Position numbers and translations under genes: made by a program
Notes under the pieces: model-generated
Databases searched by the model: none
What the model was told of the DNA's origin: nothing
The model's input: the letters and a program-made list of their open reading frames with translations, nothing else
In this document: positions 1-14,192 of the stretch, piece by piece
How positions within the stretch are numbered: the first letter of the stretch is position 1
Layout of the letters: each line of letters opens with the position of its first letter
Source: Candidatus Nomurabacteria bacterium
Lineage (GTDB): Bacteria; Patescibacteriota; Saccharimonadia; Saccharimonadales; Saccharimonadaceae
Direction: 5' to 3'
Assembly: GCA_031280785.1 (NCBI GenBank)
Contig: JAITGI010000042.1
Location: forward strand, 1-62,424
Length of the DNA: 62,424 nucleotides

Positions 1-19
1 CCAACTGAGCTATATCCCC
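1..19 (-). tRNA. tRNA gene, 5' end only (continues beyond window start)
   Basis: Reverse complement of 1-19 is GGGGATATAGCTCAGTTGG, a canonical acceptor stem plus D-arm start. The anticodon lies outside the window. Confidence 0.6.
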
Positions 20-78
20 TGGTATTTCAAGGTGCGAGAGATATTGTAGCGGAAAAACCGCTTTTTCGCAAGACCGAG

Positions 79-576
79 CTACAATAATCTGTCGCCTGGC
101 AGTTTGAAATCGGCGACCGTATAGATTATCGACCGCTTTTCGTCGACGTTCCAGTTTTCGTCGTAGTAAATTACGCCCTTGCACGCCTGGTCACCCAACA
201 CATAATCGATCCACTTATAATCGCATGGCATCAGCTTATCGTAGGGTATCTTGTCGATTTGGAACCATTCTAATTTTTTCATCTCGTCGGTAGCAGTCGG
301 TTTACCATCCCACTCCGTCGCGACAAAAGTATGCATGCGTATACGTTCGTCGTCAGGGTTGCAGAACAGGATTTCCGCCAGCTTTTTATAAACTGTCGGC
401 GTGACACAGATTTCCTCCCGTGTTTCACGCAACATCGCCAACTCGGGCATTTCGCCAGCTTCAAGCTTGCCGCCGTAACCGTTGTATTTGCCCGCCCCGA
501 CTTTTCGTTGTTTCTCCGCCAACATCACTTTGTCGCCGTGGCGCAAATAACACAGGGTCGTTAATGTCTCGCTCAT
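79..576 (-). CDS. NUDIX hydrolase
   Basis: Nudix box GGKLEAGEMPELAMLRETREEICV. The ORF track starts at TTG 615, but that TTG is the -35 of a TTGACT-18-TATACT promoter, so ATG 576 (MSETLTT...) is preferred. Confidence 0.85.
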   Translation of the reverse strand: MSETLTTLCYLRHGDKVMLAEKQRKVGAGKYNGYGGKLEAGEMPELAMLRETREEICVTPTVYKKLAEILFCNPDDERIRMHTFVATEWDGKPTATDEMKKLEWFQIDKIPYDKLMPCDYKWIDYVLGDQACKGVIYYDENWNVDEKRSIIYTVADFKLPGDRLL

Positions 577-585
577 ATTACCGAT

Positions 586-615
586 AGTATACGCCCCGTG
601 GGCATGAAAAGTCAA
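586..615 (-). promoter_or_regulatory. sigma70-type promoter with leaderless-type spacing
   Basis: Minus strand TTGACT (615-610), 18 nt, TATACT (591-586). The ATG at 576 is only 9 nt downstream of the -10. Confidence 0.55.
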
Positions 616-668
616 AATCGTCCACGTAATGCGAACGATTTTCTTCTATGACCTGTGTAATACAAACC

Positions 669-1763
669 CTAAAAAGTCGTCCTCTTGTACCTCCCCGGCG
701 CCGGCTTTTCTTGTCTAAATGTCTCCGTCTCATCGTGAATATCGTTATTTATCGCTTGCATCACTTGAAACACGCTTGAGTGCGACACGATCAGCTGATT
801 GTCTCCTGTATTTGACCGACGCAGAATCTCGACCATCGCACGCCCAATGCGCTCGCGTTGCTTGCTATAACTTTCGGCACCGTGTTTTTCTACTAGTTCA
901 TTAGTCGGCACAGCATACCAGTCAGCATATGGCCTGCCTTCTAGATCACCACCGCCACAACCCGAAAGATCGTCAAGGATAATAACGTCACCGATAGATA
1001 TTTCGCATTTTTCAGCAATAATTTTTGCGGTATCCAGCGCCCGCGATAGTGGCGAGGTGAAAATCTTTTCAAATCTTATACCTAGCCGCGACATCTCATC
1101 AGCCACCATCGCAACTTGAATGACCCCATCTTCCGTCAAAGGAAAATCCATACCACCAGCCAGAATCCCGTCGCGATTAGACACCGACTCGCCATGTCTA
1201 ACGAAATAAATACTAACGCCTTTTTTCACTATGTTTTTCTGTGAACTAGTATCAAAGGGTCTTGTCGTTTCTTTGTATCTAAAATAGTTAGTTGCACTAT
1301 TGCTGCTAGGTTCTTTTTTTGAATAGCATATTATTTGGCAATTTTCGATACGATCGGAACCTTCCCCGTTCTCGATAATCTGCTCGGTCAGTCGAATTAA
1401 TCCGCCGTGCGTCACAACCAGGACGTTTTCGCCTTTGCGGGTTTCCGTAATATTATTCAAGAAACTAGTTAGCCGTTCCTTTGCTGCCGCGTCAGTTTCG
1501 TCGCCGTCTTGACCGGCTCCCCAGCCACGTTCCAGTAGCCGATCGTCGGGCAAAATATCTTTTTCAGGAGCAATAATTTTTGCAGTGTCAATTGCTCTTT
1601 TGCTGGTCGAAGTAAAAACCCTATTTGGATTTTGCGGCAATATTCCCGACGCCCACTCGGCCTGTCTTTTGCCGTGTTCAGATAGCGGCAGGTCATTATT
1701 CGACAGATTATCGTCCTCGGTATTTTCGGCGTGTCTGATAAACGTTATACTATTTGGCGCCAT
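669..1763 (-). CDS. tandem histidine phosphatase (phosphoglycerate mutase superfamily), two domains
   Basis: Two RHG-type motifs, ITFIRHAENT at the N-terminus and IYFVRHGESVSNRDG mid-protein. Overlaps the upstream GrpB gene by 14 nt. Confidence 0.8.
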   Translation of the reverse strand: MAPNSITFIRHAENTEDDNLSNNDLPLSEHGKRQAEWASGILPQNPNRVFTSTSKRAIDTAKIIAPEKDILPDDRLLERGWGAGQDGDETDAAAKERLTSFLNNITETRKGENVLVVTHGGLIRLTEQIIENGEGSDRIENCQIICYSKKEPSSNSATNYFRYKETTRPFDTSSQKNIVKKGVSIYFVRHGESVSNRDGILAGGMDFPLTEDGVIQVAMVADEMSRLGIRFEKIFTSPLSRALDTAKIIAEKCEISIGDVIILDDLSGCGGGDLEGRPYADWYAVPTNELVEKHGAESYSKQRERIGRAMVEILRRSNTGDNQLIVSHSSVFQVMQAINNDIHDETETFRQEKPAPGRYKRTTF

Positions 1764-2271
1764 CTCTAAGCTCCTTTCGCGCCCTCGTTAACGACTCGTC
1801 GACATATTTACTTTTTAACTTTTTGTAATCTCCGCGCGAAAAGTTAGCCACCTTGGCAAAGACTTCTTTCGTATTCGAGTATTCTTTTGCGACTGTTGGG
1901 TTTCTCAAGAGATATTGTCGTAAAACTATAAAATCATCGTATATGGGAGTGTTTTTTATTGCCAAATGAACGTGGGTATCGCCACTAGCCGTTTCCTCTT
2001 GTTTCGACGCAAGAAATATGTAGTTGCTGCGGCTATTTTTTCCGGCGAAAAATCCAGCACTCTGCAATTTTTCAGAAAAGTTTTTCAGTTCCGCCACCGA
2101 CCCAGCCGCAACCAAAATATCAATGATATTTTTACCACTCATTTCCGGAATTGCGGTCGATCCGACGTGTTCAATAATTGTGTTTTTACCTAAAAGCGCG
2201 GCTAACTGATGTTTTTTCGCGTTAAACAGCCGCTTATTATTTTGAAAATCTTGTCTTATAATTTCGATCAT
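1750..2271 (-). CDS. GrpB/UPF0157 family nucleotidyltransferase-fold protein
   Basis: IEHVGSTAIPEMSGKNIIDILV and HVHL motifs are typical of GrpB. The start overlaps the stop of the upstream gene. Confidence 0.7.
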   Translation of the reverse strand: MIEIIRQDFQNNKRLFNAKKHQLAALLGKNTIIEHVGSTAIPEMSGKNIIDILVAAGSVAELKNFSEKLQSAGFFAGKNSRSNYIFLASKQEETASGDTHVHLAIKNTPIYDDFIVLRQYLLRNPTVAKEYSNTKEVFAKVANFSRGDYKKLKSKYVDESLTRARKELRDGAK

Positions 2272-3452
2272 TATTCACGCTCTCCATAGGAATTACTTGG
2301 CAATTTTTCATCGCTATAATAATCGTACCACAACGGACGATAATTTTCCCATCTACGCGGACGCATATTTTTATCTGCAAAAATATTTTCCAAGAGTACT
2401 CGACTTTGAATATAATATTCCAGACCCCTGGCGTTTTCGGCGATAATTTTTGCCTGACCAGGTGTTTGAATTTGATAAATATTGACAACAGGAAAACGAG
2501 TAAGGCTATCTTTCAACTCCATGAAACCGTTACCTATTTCAAACACCTGATCAATGCCGGCAATATACGAAACCGTAGTCTGAATACCCTTTGATTTAGC
2601 TACATCAAGAGTTCTTTTTATGTCTTCAACGCTTATTAGTGATTTCGTTTTTACCAGCAAACTTTCACGTTTCGTAAAATTATCCAGCGCATAAACTAAC
2701 GCGAAATTATCAATTTGTGCCAGTTCGTCAAGCGCTTTTTCAGAGTTCACTTCACAACCAAAATACATCAACTCTCCGGTAAAACCACGCTTTTTTGCAG
2801 CGCAGTTCACAATTTTCATATGCTCAACAACATTTTCTTCGCCGCTAAATAAACCCGTAACTACCGCTATCTGTTTCAGCCCAGACACATCCAGTTTTCG
2901 ACTGTCAAAAAAATCTTGAACGTCACCCAGAGTCTTTAACGATAAATCGTCTTTAATAACAGTTTCGTCATACAGGTTTTTATAATTGTGGACACAGGCT
3001 TGACAGCCACCGCAATTACTGCGACTTCTACTATTCAGGTTTAACAAATTCGGACCGCGCTGATACGACGCCTCGCAAGTATCAAGCATTAGTTCGTCAG
3101 TCGTGCCAATCACGTCATTGCCAAAATACAGCTCGCCAAACACGGCGCTAAAATTCGTGTCTTCCGCTCCCCGAACTGGTAATGCATACCATGACTGGTT
3201 GCCGTCAAAAAACTTTCCTCTAAACCGAACCCGAAAATCCTGTCTGACTTCGTTATTCGGAAGACACAGTCCGCTCCGATTAAAGTCTATCATTGCGACT
3301 TCCGATGATCGGACACCATATCTCTCACTAATCTCACGCCAATAATCAACGTTTTGAGTCACCTCTATACCAAACTTATTATAATGCGGTCCTTTTTCAA
3401 GATTTACATTTTCCACATTGCTCCTTTCATGTTCATAATAAAAAGCGACCAC
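2271..3452 (-). CDS. radical-SAM-like Fe-S protein with non-canonical CX2CX2C motif
   Basis: 393-aa ORF. CGGCQAC sits at aa 147-153 (2994-3014), where radical SAM enzymes carry CX3CX2C. Downstream SGEE (GGE-like), IQTTVSYIAGI and YQIQTPG segments resemble the radical SAM TIM-barrel core. The start codon is uncertain (GTG at 3452 or an internal GTG after AAGGAG). Confidence 0.55.
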   Translation of the reverse strand: MVAFYYEHERSNVENVNLEKGPHYNKFGIEVTQNVDYWREISERYGVRSSEVAMIDFNRSGLCLPNNEVRQDFRVRFRGKFFDGNQSWYALPVRGAEDTNFSAVFGELYFGNDVIGTTDELMLDTCEASYQRGPNLLNLNSRSRSNCGGCQACVHNYKNLYDETVIKDDLSLKTLGDVQDFFDSRKLDVSGLKQIAVVTGLFSGEENVVEHMKIVNCAAKKRGFTGELMYFGCEVNSEKALDELAQIDNFALVYALDNFTKRESLLVKTKSLISVEDIKRTLDVAKSKGIQTTVSYIAGIDQVFEIGNGFMELKDSLTRFPVVNIYQIQTPGQAKIIAENARGLEYYIQSRVLLENIFADKNMRPRRWENYRPLWYDYYSDEKLPSNSYGERE

Positions 3453-3791
3453 CCATTTAGTCGCAAAACTCTACATCGTTTTCGATCCCGCAATGCTATT
3501 GTGTATATAGCCATAATCTCGCCTTGAGGTTTTTTAGAAATTACTTCCAGAATCCTTCGGATTCAGAATTTTGCAATCATATTATATCAACTTTGATAAA
3601 ATTATACAACCTTTTTCTGGTTCGTCAAACAAAGTCAGCAATCGTCATTTTTTAGGACGATTTCCCTTTACAATCAATAGTGCAAGCCCATTTTGTCAAC
3701 ATCTTGTGGTTGAAACTCTCGTCGCGTTGAATGATATTTCGCAAAGCTTCAAGACGAAATATCGCGACCGACCTGGCTGGAATAATTTTTG

Positions 3792-3819
3792 AATTGCTTC
3801 GCCTATGGCTCGCAATGAC
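3792..3819. repeat. half copy of the REP-like palindromic element (see 51471-51542)
   Basis: AATTGCTT..TCGCAATGAC matches the right arm GGATTGCTT..TCGCAATGAC of the full element. It lies ~30 nt downstream of the 16S 3' end. Confidence 0.5.
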
Positions 3820-3848
3820 AATATTATTCCGCCTAGTTTTACTCCCTA

Positions 3849-5345
<1,497 letters not shown>

Positions 5346-5509
5346 TAGACGCCGAAGCGTCAAGATTGTTAGAAACTAACATAAAAGATGTTTCTGCTCC
5401 GGAATAAAAATCCCGAAACACTGACGAAATTGACTTGCACTACTAATTGTAAAAACTCATCTATTCACAGGGGCGTATTAAAACTACCTCGCAATAGACT
5501 GCGACTATC

Positions 5510-6415
5510 TTATCTCATAAAATCGTTGGTGTCAACACTTTTTTCACTCAATTTCGAATAATTTAGCGACAGAATGAATATCAGGAATATACCTATAAAC
5601 GCTGCTTCAATAAAATACGCATTTTCGAGATAAAACTGCCGCCAGACAAATAAAGTGGTCAAAACCGCCGTAGCATAAGCGACTATCCCGATGTAGACCG
5701 TTTTCGCAACCTTATTGATTTGCGCCCAGTGCGAAATCAAAACAAAAACCACCAGGAACAGCATAATAAACAACATCGTCCAAGCAGCAATCTGATGAAT
5801 ATCCGCAGTGATACCGATTGCTCCGACCGGACGCGGAAAAACACCGACAAGTAACAAGCAGAGAGAAACAACAACCACCGAAACCGTGTAGATCTTACCA
5901 AAACGCCACTTGTTGCGGACGATTGTCATCAGACAGAACGCGATACAAACGCTCGAGACCACACTAGCAACGCCAAACAATATCGCCGACCAGGCGGTGC
6001 TGGCGACGTGTTGGCTGATAGTCATACTGGGTGTTTGCCAGGTAATAATCGAGAGCAGCGCTATCGCCATCGTAAGTGTCAAAACTCCAACCAGACCAAT
6101 GTTCTTTTGCATACAGTCTATTATACTCTCATTTTGTCTTTTCAGAACCCCAGAAATATACTTCCCCACCGCCTCAAAGGGGTTGATAACTATCGTGCCG
6201 CCACCGGCGACAGCGGTGATTTTGTCCTGGATGGCGACATAGTGCGTGCAAGCCAAGATTATCGTGTCGACGCCGTCCAGCTGCCCAGACAGGGCGCGCT
6301 TGATGTCGGAGCGGTCAATTTTTCCGTTGTCAATCCGCGCCGCCCAGTCGTCGCAATTTGGCTCTTTTATATCATTCATCGTGCCGTATAGGACGGCCTG
6401 CGACACCACTATCAT
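5510..6415 (-). CDS. membrane protein whose N-terminal ~95 aa resemble the C-terminal half of glutamate racemase (MurI)
   Basis: GVDTIILACTHYVAIQDKI...VINPFEAVGKYISGVL matches the second catalytic-Cys region of Asp/Glu racemases. The rest is ~6 hydrophobic helices. The real start may be the internal MQKNIG. Confidence 0.6.
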   Translation of the reverse strand: MIVVSQAVLYGTMNDIKEPNCDDWAARIDNGKIDRSDIKRALSGQLDGVDTIILACTHYVAIQDKITAVAGGGTIVINPFEAVGKYISGVLKRQNESIIDCMQKNIGLVGVLTLTMAIALLSIITWQTPSMTISQHVASTAWSAILFGVASVVSSVCIAFCLMTIVRNKWRFGKIYTVSVVVVSLCLLLVGVFPRPVGAIGITADIHQIAAWTMLFIMLFLVVFVLISHWAQINKVAKTVYIGIVAYATAVLTTLFVWRQFYLENAYFIEAAFIGIFLIFILSLNYSKLSEKSVDTNDFMR

Positions 6416-6828
6416 CAGAGGTAGAAAGTTACTACACCGACCGCGATACCAATCAGCGCGCTGACCAGGACTTCAAGCGGTTTATGCCCGCGTGCCAGAT
6501 AGGGTTTCTGGTCGGTTTTTGACAGCAATTTTTGCAACGCCACGCCCTGTTCGCCGACGGCCCGTCGGGCGTGCACGGCGTCGACCATTATCACCACAGC
6601 TAGCACCAGTGCCAGCGCAAAGATCGCCGAGTCGACACCTTCACGTAAACCGACCGCTGTCGTCAACGCTACCGCCGGCGCTGTGTGAGCGCTGGGCATT
6701 CCGCCAGTCGCGAACGCTGGTTTTTGACTAAGCTTTTTATTCCGGACGGCGCTGATCACCACTTTTGTCAAATTCGCCACCAGCCACGCTGCCACGACCG
6801 CTACCAGATACGGCGGTAGCCACTCCAT
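6415..6828 (-). CDS. DUF212 / acid phosphatase-vanadium haloperoxidase-related membrane protein
   Basis: GGMPSAHTA motif and a 4-TM profile. Confidence 0.75.
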   Translation of the reverse strand: MEWLPPYLVAVVAAWLVANLTKVVISAVRNKKLSQKPAFATGGMPSAHTAPAVALTTAVGLREGVDSAIFALALVLAVVIMVDAVHARRAVGEQGVALQKLLSKTDQKPYLARGHKPLEVLVSALIGIAVGVVTFYL

Positions 6829-9408
6829 TTATTTGTCCTTCTTCTTTGGCTCGGCTTTCGTCGGCTGATCAGTCTTTGCCGGTTCAGGCTCGTCGCCCTC
6901 TGGCTCGTCCACGATTGCCACCGAAGACACGGTGTCATTGTCGTTTAATTTCATAATCCGCACGCCCTGGGTGGTGCGTCCCAGCGCTGGAATGTCCGCC
7001 AGTGCCACGCGAATTGTCTGCCCTTTGTTGCTGATGGCGATCATCTCGTTGCTGCTCTCGCCCAGCGATTTCACGGTGGTCAAATTGCCAGTTTTTGCCG
7101 TCACGACCGCGGCTTTGATGCCGACGCCGCCACGTTTGTGTGATGGGAAATTCGCCACCTTGGTCTGTTTGCCGTAGCCTTTTTCGCTGATAACTAGCAG
7201 ATTTCGGCTCTCGTCGACGATGTCCGCGCCAACCACACGGTCGTTCGGGCGCAGGCGGATACCACGCACACCGCGCGCCGCACGACCCATTGGGCGAGCG
7301 TCTTTTTCGCCGAAACGAATAGCTTGGCCGGCAGATGTTGAAATTATTACATCATTTTCGCCTGTTGTTTTATTTACCCAACGCAGTTCGTCGCCGTCGT
7401 CGAGCTTGATAGCAATCAGCCCGCTCTGGCGGATATTGGCGTAGTCCTTGATGGCGGTCTTTTTGATCGTGCCGTTGGTCGTTGTCATAAATAAATATCC
7501 GTCGTCACTGTCGTCCTTGCTGATACCGATGATTGTTGTAATTTTCTCTTCGGGTTGTAGTTGCAACAGATTGACCGCCGCCACACCTTTGGCTTGCAGA
7601 CTCGCTGCTGGCACTTCATAAGCTTTCAAACGAAACGCCCGACCCCTGTTAGTAAAGAAAACTAGCCAATCGTGCGTGTTGCACGCCACCAGTTGATCGA
7701 CCACGTCCAGCTCCTTGGTCGTCAGACCTTTTTTACCCTTACCGCCACGATTTTGACGGCGATAATCTGTCATCAAGGTGCGCTTGATATAATTTTCCGT
7801 TGTTAGTAACACAACGACGTCTTCCTCTGGCACAAGATCTTCGTCGCTCATTTTGCCGAGTTCGTGGTTGATAATTTTACTACGACGCTTGTCGCCGTAT
7901 TTTTCTTTGACTTCCAACAATTCCGTCTTGATGATTGCCAAAATCTCTGCTTCGTCCGCCAAAATTCCAACCAGTTTCGCGATCAATTGTTGTAGTTCTA
8001 ACAACTCGTCTTCAATTGATTTGCGATCCAGACCGGTCAATTTGCGCAGTTGCATCGCCAAAATCGCCATCGCCTGGATCTCGCTGAGTTTGAACTTCGC
8101 CATCAATCCAGTCTTTGCCTCTTCATAATCCTTGCTGGCACGGATCAATTTGATGACCTCGTCGATATGATCCAGCGCGATTTTCAATCCTTCGAGAATA
8201 TGCGCACGCTCGCGAGCTTTTTTCAGCTCAAACTCTGTTCGACGACGCACCACGCTCTGGCGGTGCTTCAGATATTCGGTTAAAATATCCATCAGCCCCA
8301 ACACGCGCGGCTGCAAGCCATTTACCAGCGCCAGCATATTATAATGAAACGAGGTCTGCAACGCCGTCAGCTTGAACAGCTGGTTCAAAATCTTCTTGGG
8401 GAAAGCGTCTTTTTTCAGCTCAATCACCAAACGCACATCGCCGCGCGCCGATTCGTCGCGGATTTCCGACAGACCGACCAGTTTTTTCTCCTTGACTAGA
8501 TCCGCCATTCGCTCTTGGAGTGTTGCTTTATTTACACCATACGGCATTTCGGTGACAACGATCTGGTGGCGACCTTTTTTGGTCTCCTCGATCTCCGCTA
8601 CGGCACGAATTGTTACGCTGCCGCGCCCCGTCAGATAGGCTTGCTTCATCGGCGCACCGCCATAGACGATACCGCCGGTCGGAAAATCCGGGCCTTTGAC
8701 ATATTTCAGCAGATCTTCCGGTGTTGTGTTTTCTACACCATTGTCAATTAAGTGAATAATCGCGTCAACCAACTCTCCAAGGTTGTGCGTCGGAATATTC
8801 GTCGCCATACCAACAGCGATGCCCATCTGTCCGTTCAGTAGCAAGTTTGGCAATTTCGCCGGCAGAACCGTCGGCTCGGACAGCGTGCCGTCATAGTTGT
8901 CGCGAAAATCAACGGTTTCCTTGTCGAGATCAGCCAGCAATTCCGCACCGACTTTGTGCATACGCGCCTCGGTATAGCGGTGCGCCGCCGGCGGATCGCC
9001 GTCCATCGAGCCAAAGTTTCCCTGACCCTCGACCAGCATATAACGCATCGTCCAATCTTGCGCCAAACGCACCATCGCGTCATAAATCGCGCTGTCGCCG
9101 TGCGGGTGATATTTACCCATCACGTCACCGATAATACGCGCGCTTTTGACGAATTTCGTGCCGGGTCGCCAACCGTTGCGCTCCATCGTATAGAGTATGC
9201 GGCGATGTACTGGTTTCAGTCCGTCACGCACGTCAGGTAGTGCCCTGTCCACGATAACCGACATCGAATAGCGCAGGAACGAATCCTCCATCACATCCTC
9301 GACGGTGCGAAACTCCAATTTATGCGAGTTCGCGCTCCGTGGATCTAATACTTCACCATCCAATACTTCATCTGTTGTATTATTCACATCAATATTGTTG
9401 TCATTCAT
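6829..9408 (-). CDS. gyrA: DNA gyrase subunit A
   Basis: [23 protein letters not shown] and AAMRYTE-like (AHRYTEARM) motifs, with C-terminal beta-pinwheel repeats. Confidence 0.97.
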   Translation of the reverse strand: MNDNNIDVNNTTDEVLDGEVLDPRSANSHKLEFRTVEDVMEDSFLRYSMSVIVDRALPDVRDGLKPVHRRILYTMERNGWRPGTKFVKSARIIGDVMGKYHPHGDSAIYDAMVRLAQDWTMRYMLVEGQGNFGSMDGDPPAAHRYTEARMHKVGAELLADLDKETVDFRDNYDGTLSEPTVLPAKLPNLLLNGQMGIAVGMATNIPTHNLGELVDAIIHLIDNGVENTTPEDLLKYVKGPDFPTGGIVYGGAPMKQAYLTGRGSVTIRAVAEIEETKKGRHQIVVTEMPYGVNKATLQERMADLVKEKKLVGLSEIRDESARGDVRLVIELKKDAFPKKILNQLFKLTALQTSFHYNMLALVNGLQPRVLGLMDILTEYLKHRQSVVRRRTEFELKKARERAHILEGLKIALDHIDEVIKLIRASKDYEEAKTGLMAKFKLSEIQAMAILAMQLRKLTGLDRKSIEDELLELQQLIAKLVGILADEAEILAIIKTELLEVKEKYGDKRRSKIINHELGKMSDEDLVPEEDVVVLLTTENYIKRTLMTDYRRQNRGGKGKKGLTTKELDVVDQLVACNTHDWLVFFTNRGRAFRLKAYEVPAASLQAKGVAAVNLLQLQPEEKITTIIGISKDDSDDGYLFMTTTNGTIKKTAIKDYANIRQSGLIAIKLDDGDELRWVNKTTGENDVIISTSAGQAIRFGEKDARPMGRAARGVRGIRLRPNDRVVGADIVDESRNLLVISEKGYGKQTKVANFPSHKRGGVGIKAAVVTAKTGNLTTVKSLGESSNEMIAISNKGQTIRVALADIPALGRTTQGVRIMKLNDNDTVSSVAIVDEPEGDEPEPAKTDQPTKAEPKKKDK

Positions 9409-9422
9409 ACATTATTTCCTTC

Positions 9423-11480
<2,058 letters not shown>

Positions 11481-11495
11481 TTATAGTTACGGAAC

Positions 11496-14186
11496 TTATC
11501 GTAAGTCGACCGAAATTTCATCTGGTTGTTGGCGAGGTTGAACGGGAGGCGTCGTCGGATTTGTCGGCGGTTGTGGAAGCGGCGTTGACGGCGTGGCGGC
11601 GGGTGAAGGACCACCCTTAGCGGCATTTATGCCCTGGCGTTTGGTCAGCCATTCGTCAAGGAATGAGCCTTTTTGCCCGGATGGTGCCTGCGCTGCGCCG
11701 GGCGTCGCGGGATTTACTGGCGCTGTATTCGTATAACGCGATGTGATTTCTCGTTCCACATCAGCGCGCGGACGACCATATTTCGACGCCGACAATTGCC
11801 TGATATGATCGGCGTTCTCTTTGACGGCGTTGCCCATCGGCGGCGGCAGCAACATGCTGAACGGCGCAGTCGGAACGCCCTTGATTAGGGTTTGAACCGC
11901 CGCTTGGTAGTTAGGCATGTTTTGCAAATCGCTGACGTCATAGGTCGGTTGGAAACGTTTAACCATCAATTCGGCATCCGTCACGCCAATACGCCCGCAA
12001 ACCACGGTGCCGACGTTACCGATGATGGCTTCGCGGATATCGTCCGTCAGCTGGGTTACGAATTGATTGGCAACGACCAAATTGAGTCTGAATTTTCGCG
12101 CCTCGGACAGGATTGACTCGAAACTATCGGTGGCAAAATTCTGAAACTCGTCAACGAACAGGCAGAAATCTTCGCGCTGTTCCTGGGGGATATTGACGCG
12201 CGACATAGCGGCAGTTTGAAACTTCATCACGAAAAACATACCTAGCAAGCGCGAATTATATTCGCCCATTTTGCCCTTGGACAGATTAACCAGCAAGATT
12301 TTCTTGCCATCCATAACTTCACGCAGATTCAGACCGCTTTTCACCTGACCCATGACATTACGCATGATTGTGTTTGATTCGAACGGACCCCATTTACTGA
12401 TAAACCAAGTGATAATCTCGCCGGACTCGTTGGAACGCTGCGACGACGGGAATTCCTTGGTCCAATACTCGATGACACGCGGGTCGGTCACATATTTCAG
12501 TTTCGCCTTTACATATTCCGGATCACGAAAGACTTTCGGGATGTCGATCCAGGTGCCACCGTCCGGGTCAGCCATCAATAATAATGCGGCGTTACGAAAC
12601 ATATGCTCGCCGCGCGGTCCGAAAATGCCAGTGTGACCCGGATCATATAGACTGTAAAGCATATTGATGCATTCCTGAATGATAAAGTCCTTTTCGTCCT
12701 CGCTGGCAACCTCGAAAATATTTATGCCAATCGGGTTTGATAGGTCGCCCGGGTCAAAATATATCACATCCTCGCGACGATGTTCCGGCACCAGTGAAAT
12801 AATTTTTTCCGCCGAATCACCGTGCGGATCCAGGAAAGCGAATCCACGCCCCTCTTGCATGTCCTGATACGCGAGATTTTCCAGGAAAACAGACTTGCCC
12901 ATACCGGTCGCACCCACGACATAGGTGTGGCGACGCCGATCGTCATCGGTCAGCCGAATCATCTTACGCACACCGCGGAATTCGTTATAGCCGAGTAGCA
13001 GCCCATCCTCAGGCAGCTGACTCGGTCCGTCGACCTGTTTGGTGGCTTGACGTTCGACCTGCGACGTCGGGATATTCGACTGATCGGGAAAATGAAATAG
13101 TGTCGACAGCTCAACCGTGTTCAGGATCATGCTATTTTTCTCCTGGGGGAAAATGCGAAAAATGTATTCTGTTACGAAACTATCCATGCTCTTGGTCGGA
13201 GTGTATTTAAAGCCATTGCCATTTGGCGAGTCGAACAGCGAAAAGACAGAGACGACATTTTGCAAAACCGCCTGCGAGCGAGCCGCGGTATTCGACGAAG
13301 CCACCACACGAATCATGGTTTCGAATCCCGAGTGCTTGGCTTTTTCCTCCATCATCTCGACCTTGGTTTGTTCAGCGCCCGAAAGCTGTTTGGTTTCCGA
13401 CCCTTCGCTTTTGTGCGAATCCGGCGGTTTCCACAGAGCCTCGAACAAATCGCCGATTGTCGCCGCCCAATTCGTGAACGAACCGCCGCCAAGTATGGTC
13501 TTTTTGCCATCGCGAATATTCTTGACCGACGATTCGATTTTTTTCGACCAGCCATCGCGCGCCGGTCGCAGGAGCATTTGTATGCCAACGCCATCCTCTT
13601 TGTTCGCCGACGACAAAGCATTGATAATCGCCCGCATCGCGTCGCGTTTTGACTCCTGGTAGGTAGCGATCGGGATTTCGTAACCTTTTTTTGTGACCAG
13701 CTCCCCGCCGATGGTGCCGCTGAGTTTGCCGACCTTGCTGAATATATTATGTTCCTCAACTTCTTCGAGTCGCGCCGTCGGATATGCCGCTGCTACCGCC
13801 TGTTTGATTGTCTCCACTAGAACCGTCGGCACCACTGTAAAATAATGAATCAGACCCTCCTTTGCCACGATCTCAAAGGCGATGTGGCGCTGCCCGAAAA
13901 TTTTACTCTTGAAACCTGACGTCGCCGTGCTGGCGATTACGTTATACATCACCTGAGCCTGAGAGATGGTCTCCTCGGCGATATCGCGAGCGTCGCGACC
14001 GTTCTGTTCAACGTCATCGCTGAGCGGCGGCAAATGTATCAGTATCGGCACCATTTTTAGCCCGCGTTCATAGTTCTTTGACTCGCGAGATTTTTTGCGC
14101 CACAACATAAAGGCAACCAAACCAACGACTGCAATCACCGCCATAATCGGCACCACCACGACCAGTATTCCAATTATATCTGTCAT
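11496..14186 (-). CDS. VirD4/TraD-like (FtsK-HerA superfamily) P-loop ATPase, membrane anchored
   Basis: N-terminal TM helix. Walker A VVGATGMGKS and Walker B-like LFVDEFQNF. Pro-rich low-complexity C-terminal tail. Confidence 0.7.
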   Translation of the reverse strand: MTDIIGILVVVVPIMAVIAVVGLVAFMLWRKKSRESKNYERGLKMVPILIHLPPLSDDVEQNGRDARDIAEETISQAQVMYNVIASTATSGFKSKIFGQRHIAFEIVAKEGLIHYFTVVPTVLVETIKQAVAAAYPTARLEEVEEHNIFSKVGKLSGTIGGELVTKKGYEIPIATYQESKRDAMRAIINALSSANKEDGVGIQMLLRPARDGWSKKIESSVKNIRDGKKTILGGGSFTNWAATIGDLFEALWKPPDSHKSEGSETKQLSGAEQTKVEMMEEKAKHSGFETMIRVVASSNTAARSQAVLQNVVSVFSLFDSPNGNGFKYTPTKSMDSFVTEYIFRIFPQEKNSMILNTVELSTLFHFPDQSNIPTSQVERQATKQVDGPSQLPEDGLLLGYNEFRGVRKMIRLTDDDRRRHTYVVGATGMGKSVFLENLAYQDMQEGRGFAFLDPHGDSAEKIISLVPEHRREDVIYFDPGDLSNPIGINIFEVASEDEKDFIIQECINMLYSLYDPGHTGIFGPRGEHMFRNAALLLMADPDGGTWIDIPKVFRDPEYVKAKLKYVTDPRVIEYWTKEFPSSQRSNESGEIITWFISKWGPFESNTIMRNVMGQVKSGLNLREVMDGKKILLVNLSKGKMGEYNSRLLGMFFVMKFQTAAMSRVNIPQEQREDFCLFVDEFQNFATDSFESILSEARKFRLNLVVANQFVTQLTDDIREAIIGNVGTVVCGRIGVTDAELMVKRFQPTYDVSDLQNMPNYQAAVQTLIKGVPTAPFSMLLPPPMGNAVKENADHIRQLSASKYGRPRADVEREITSRYTNTAPVNPATPGAAQAPSGQKGSFLDEWLTKRQGINAAKGGPSPAATPSTPLPQPPTNPTTPPVQPRQQPDEISVDLR

Positions 14187-14192
14187 TCTACC

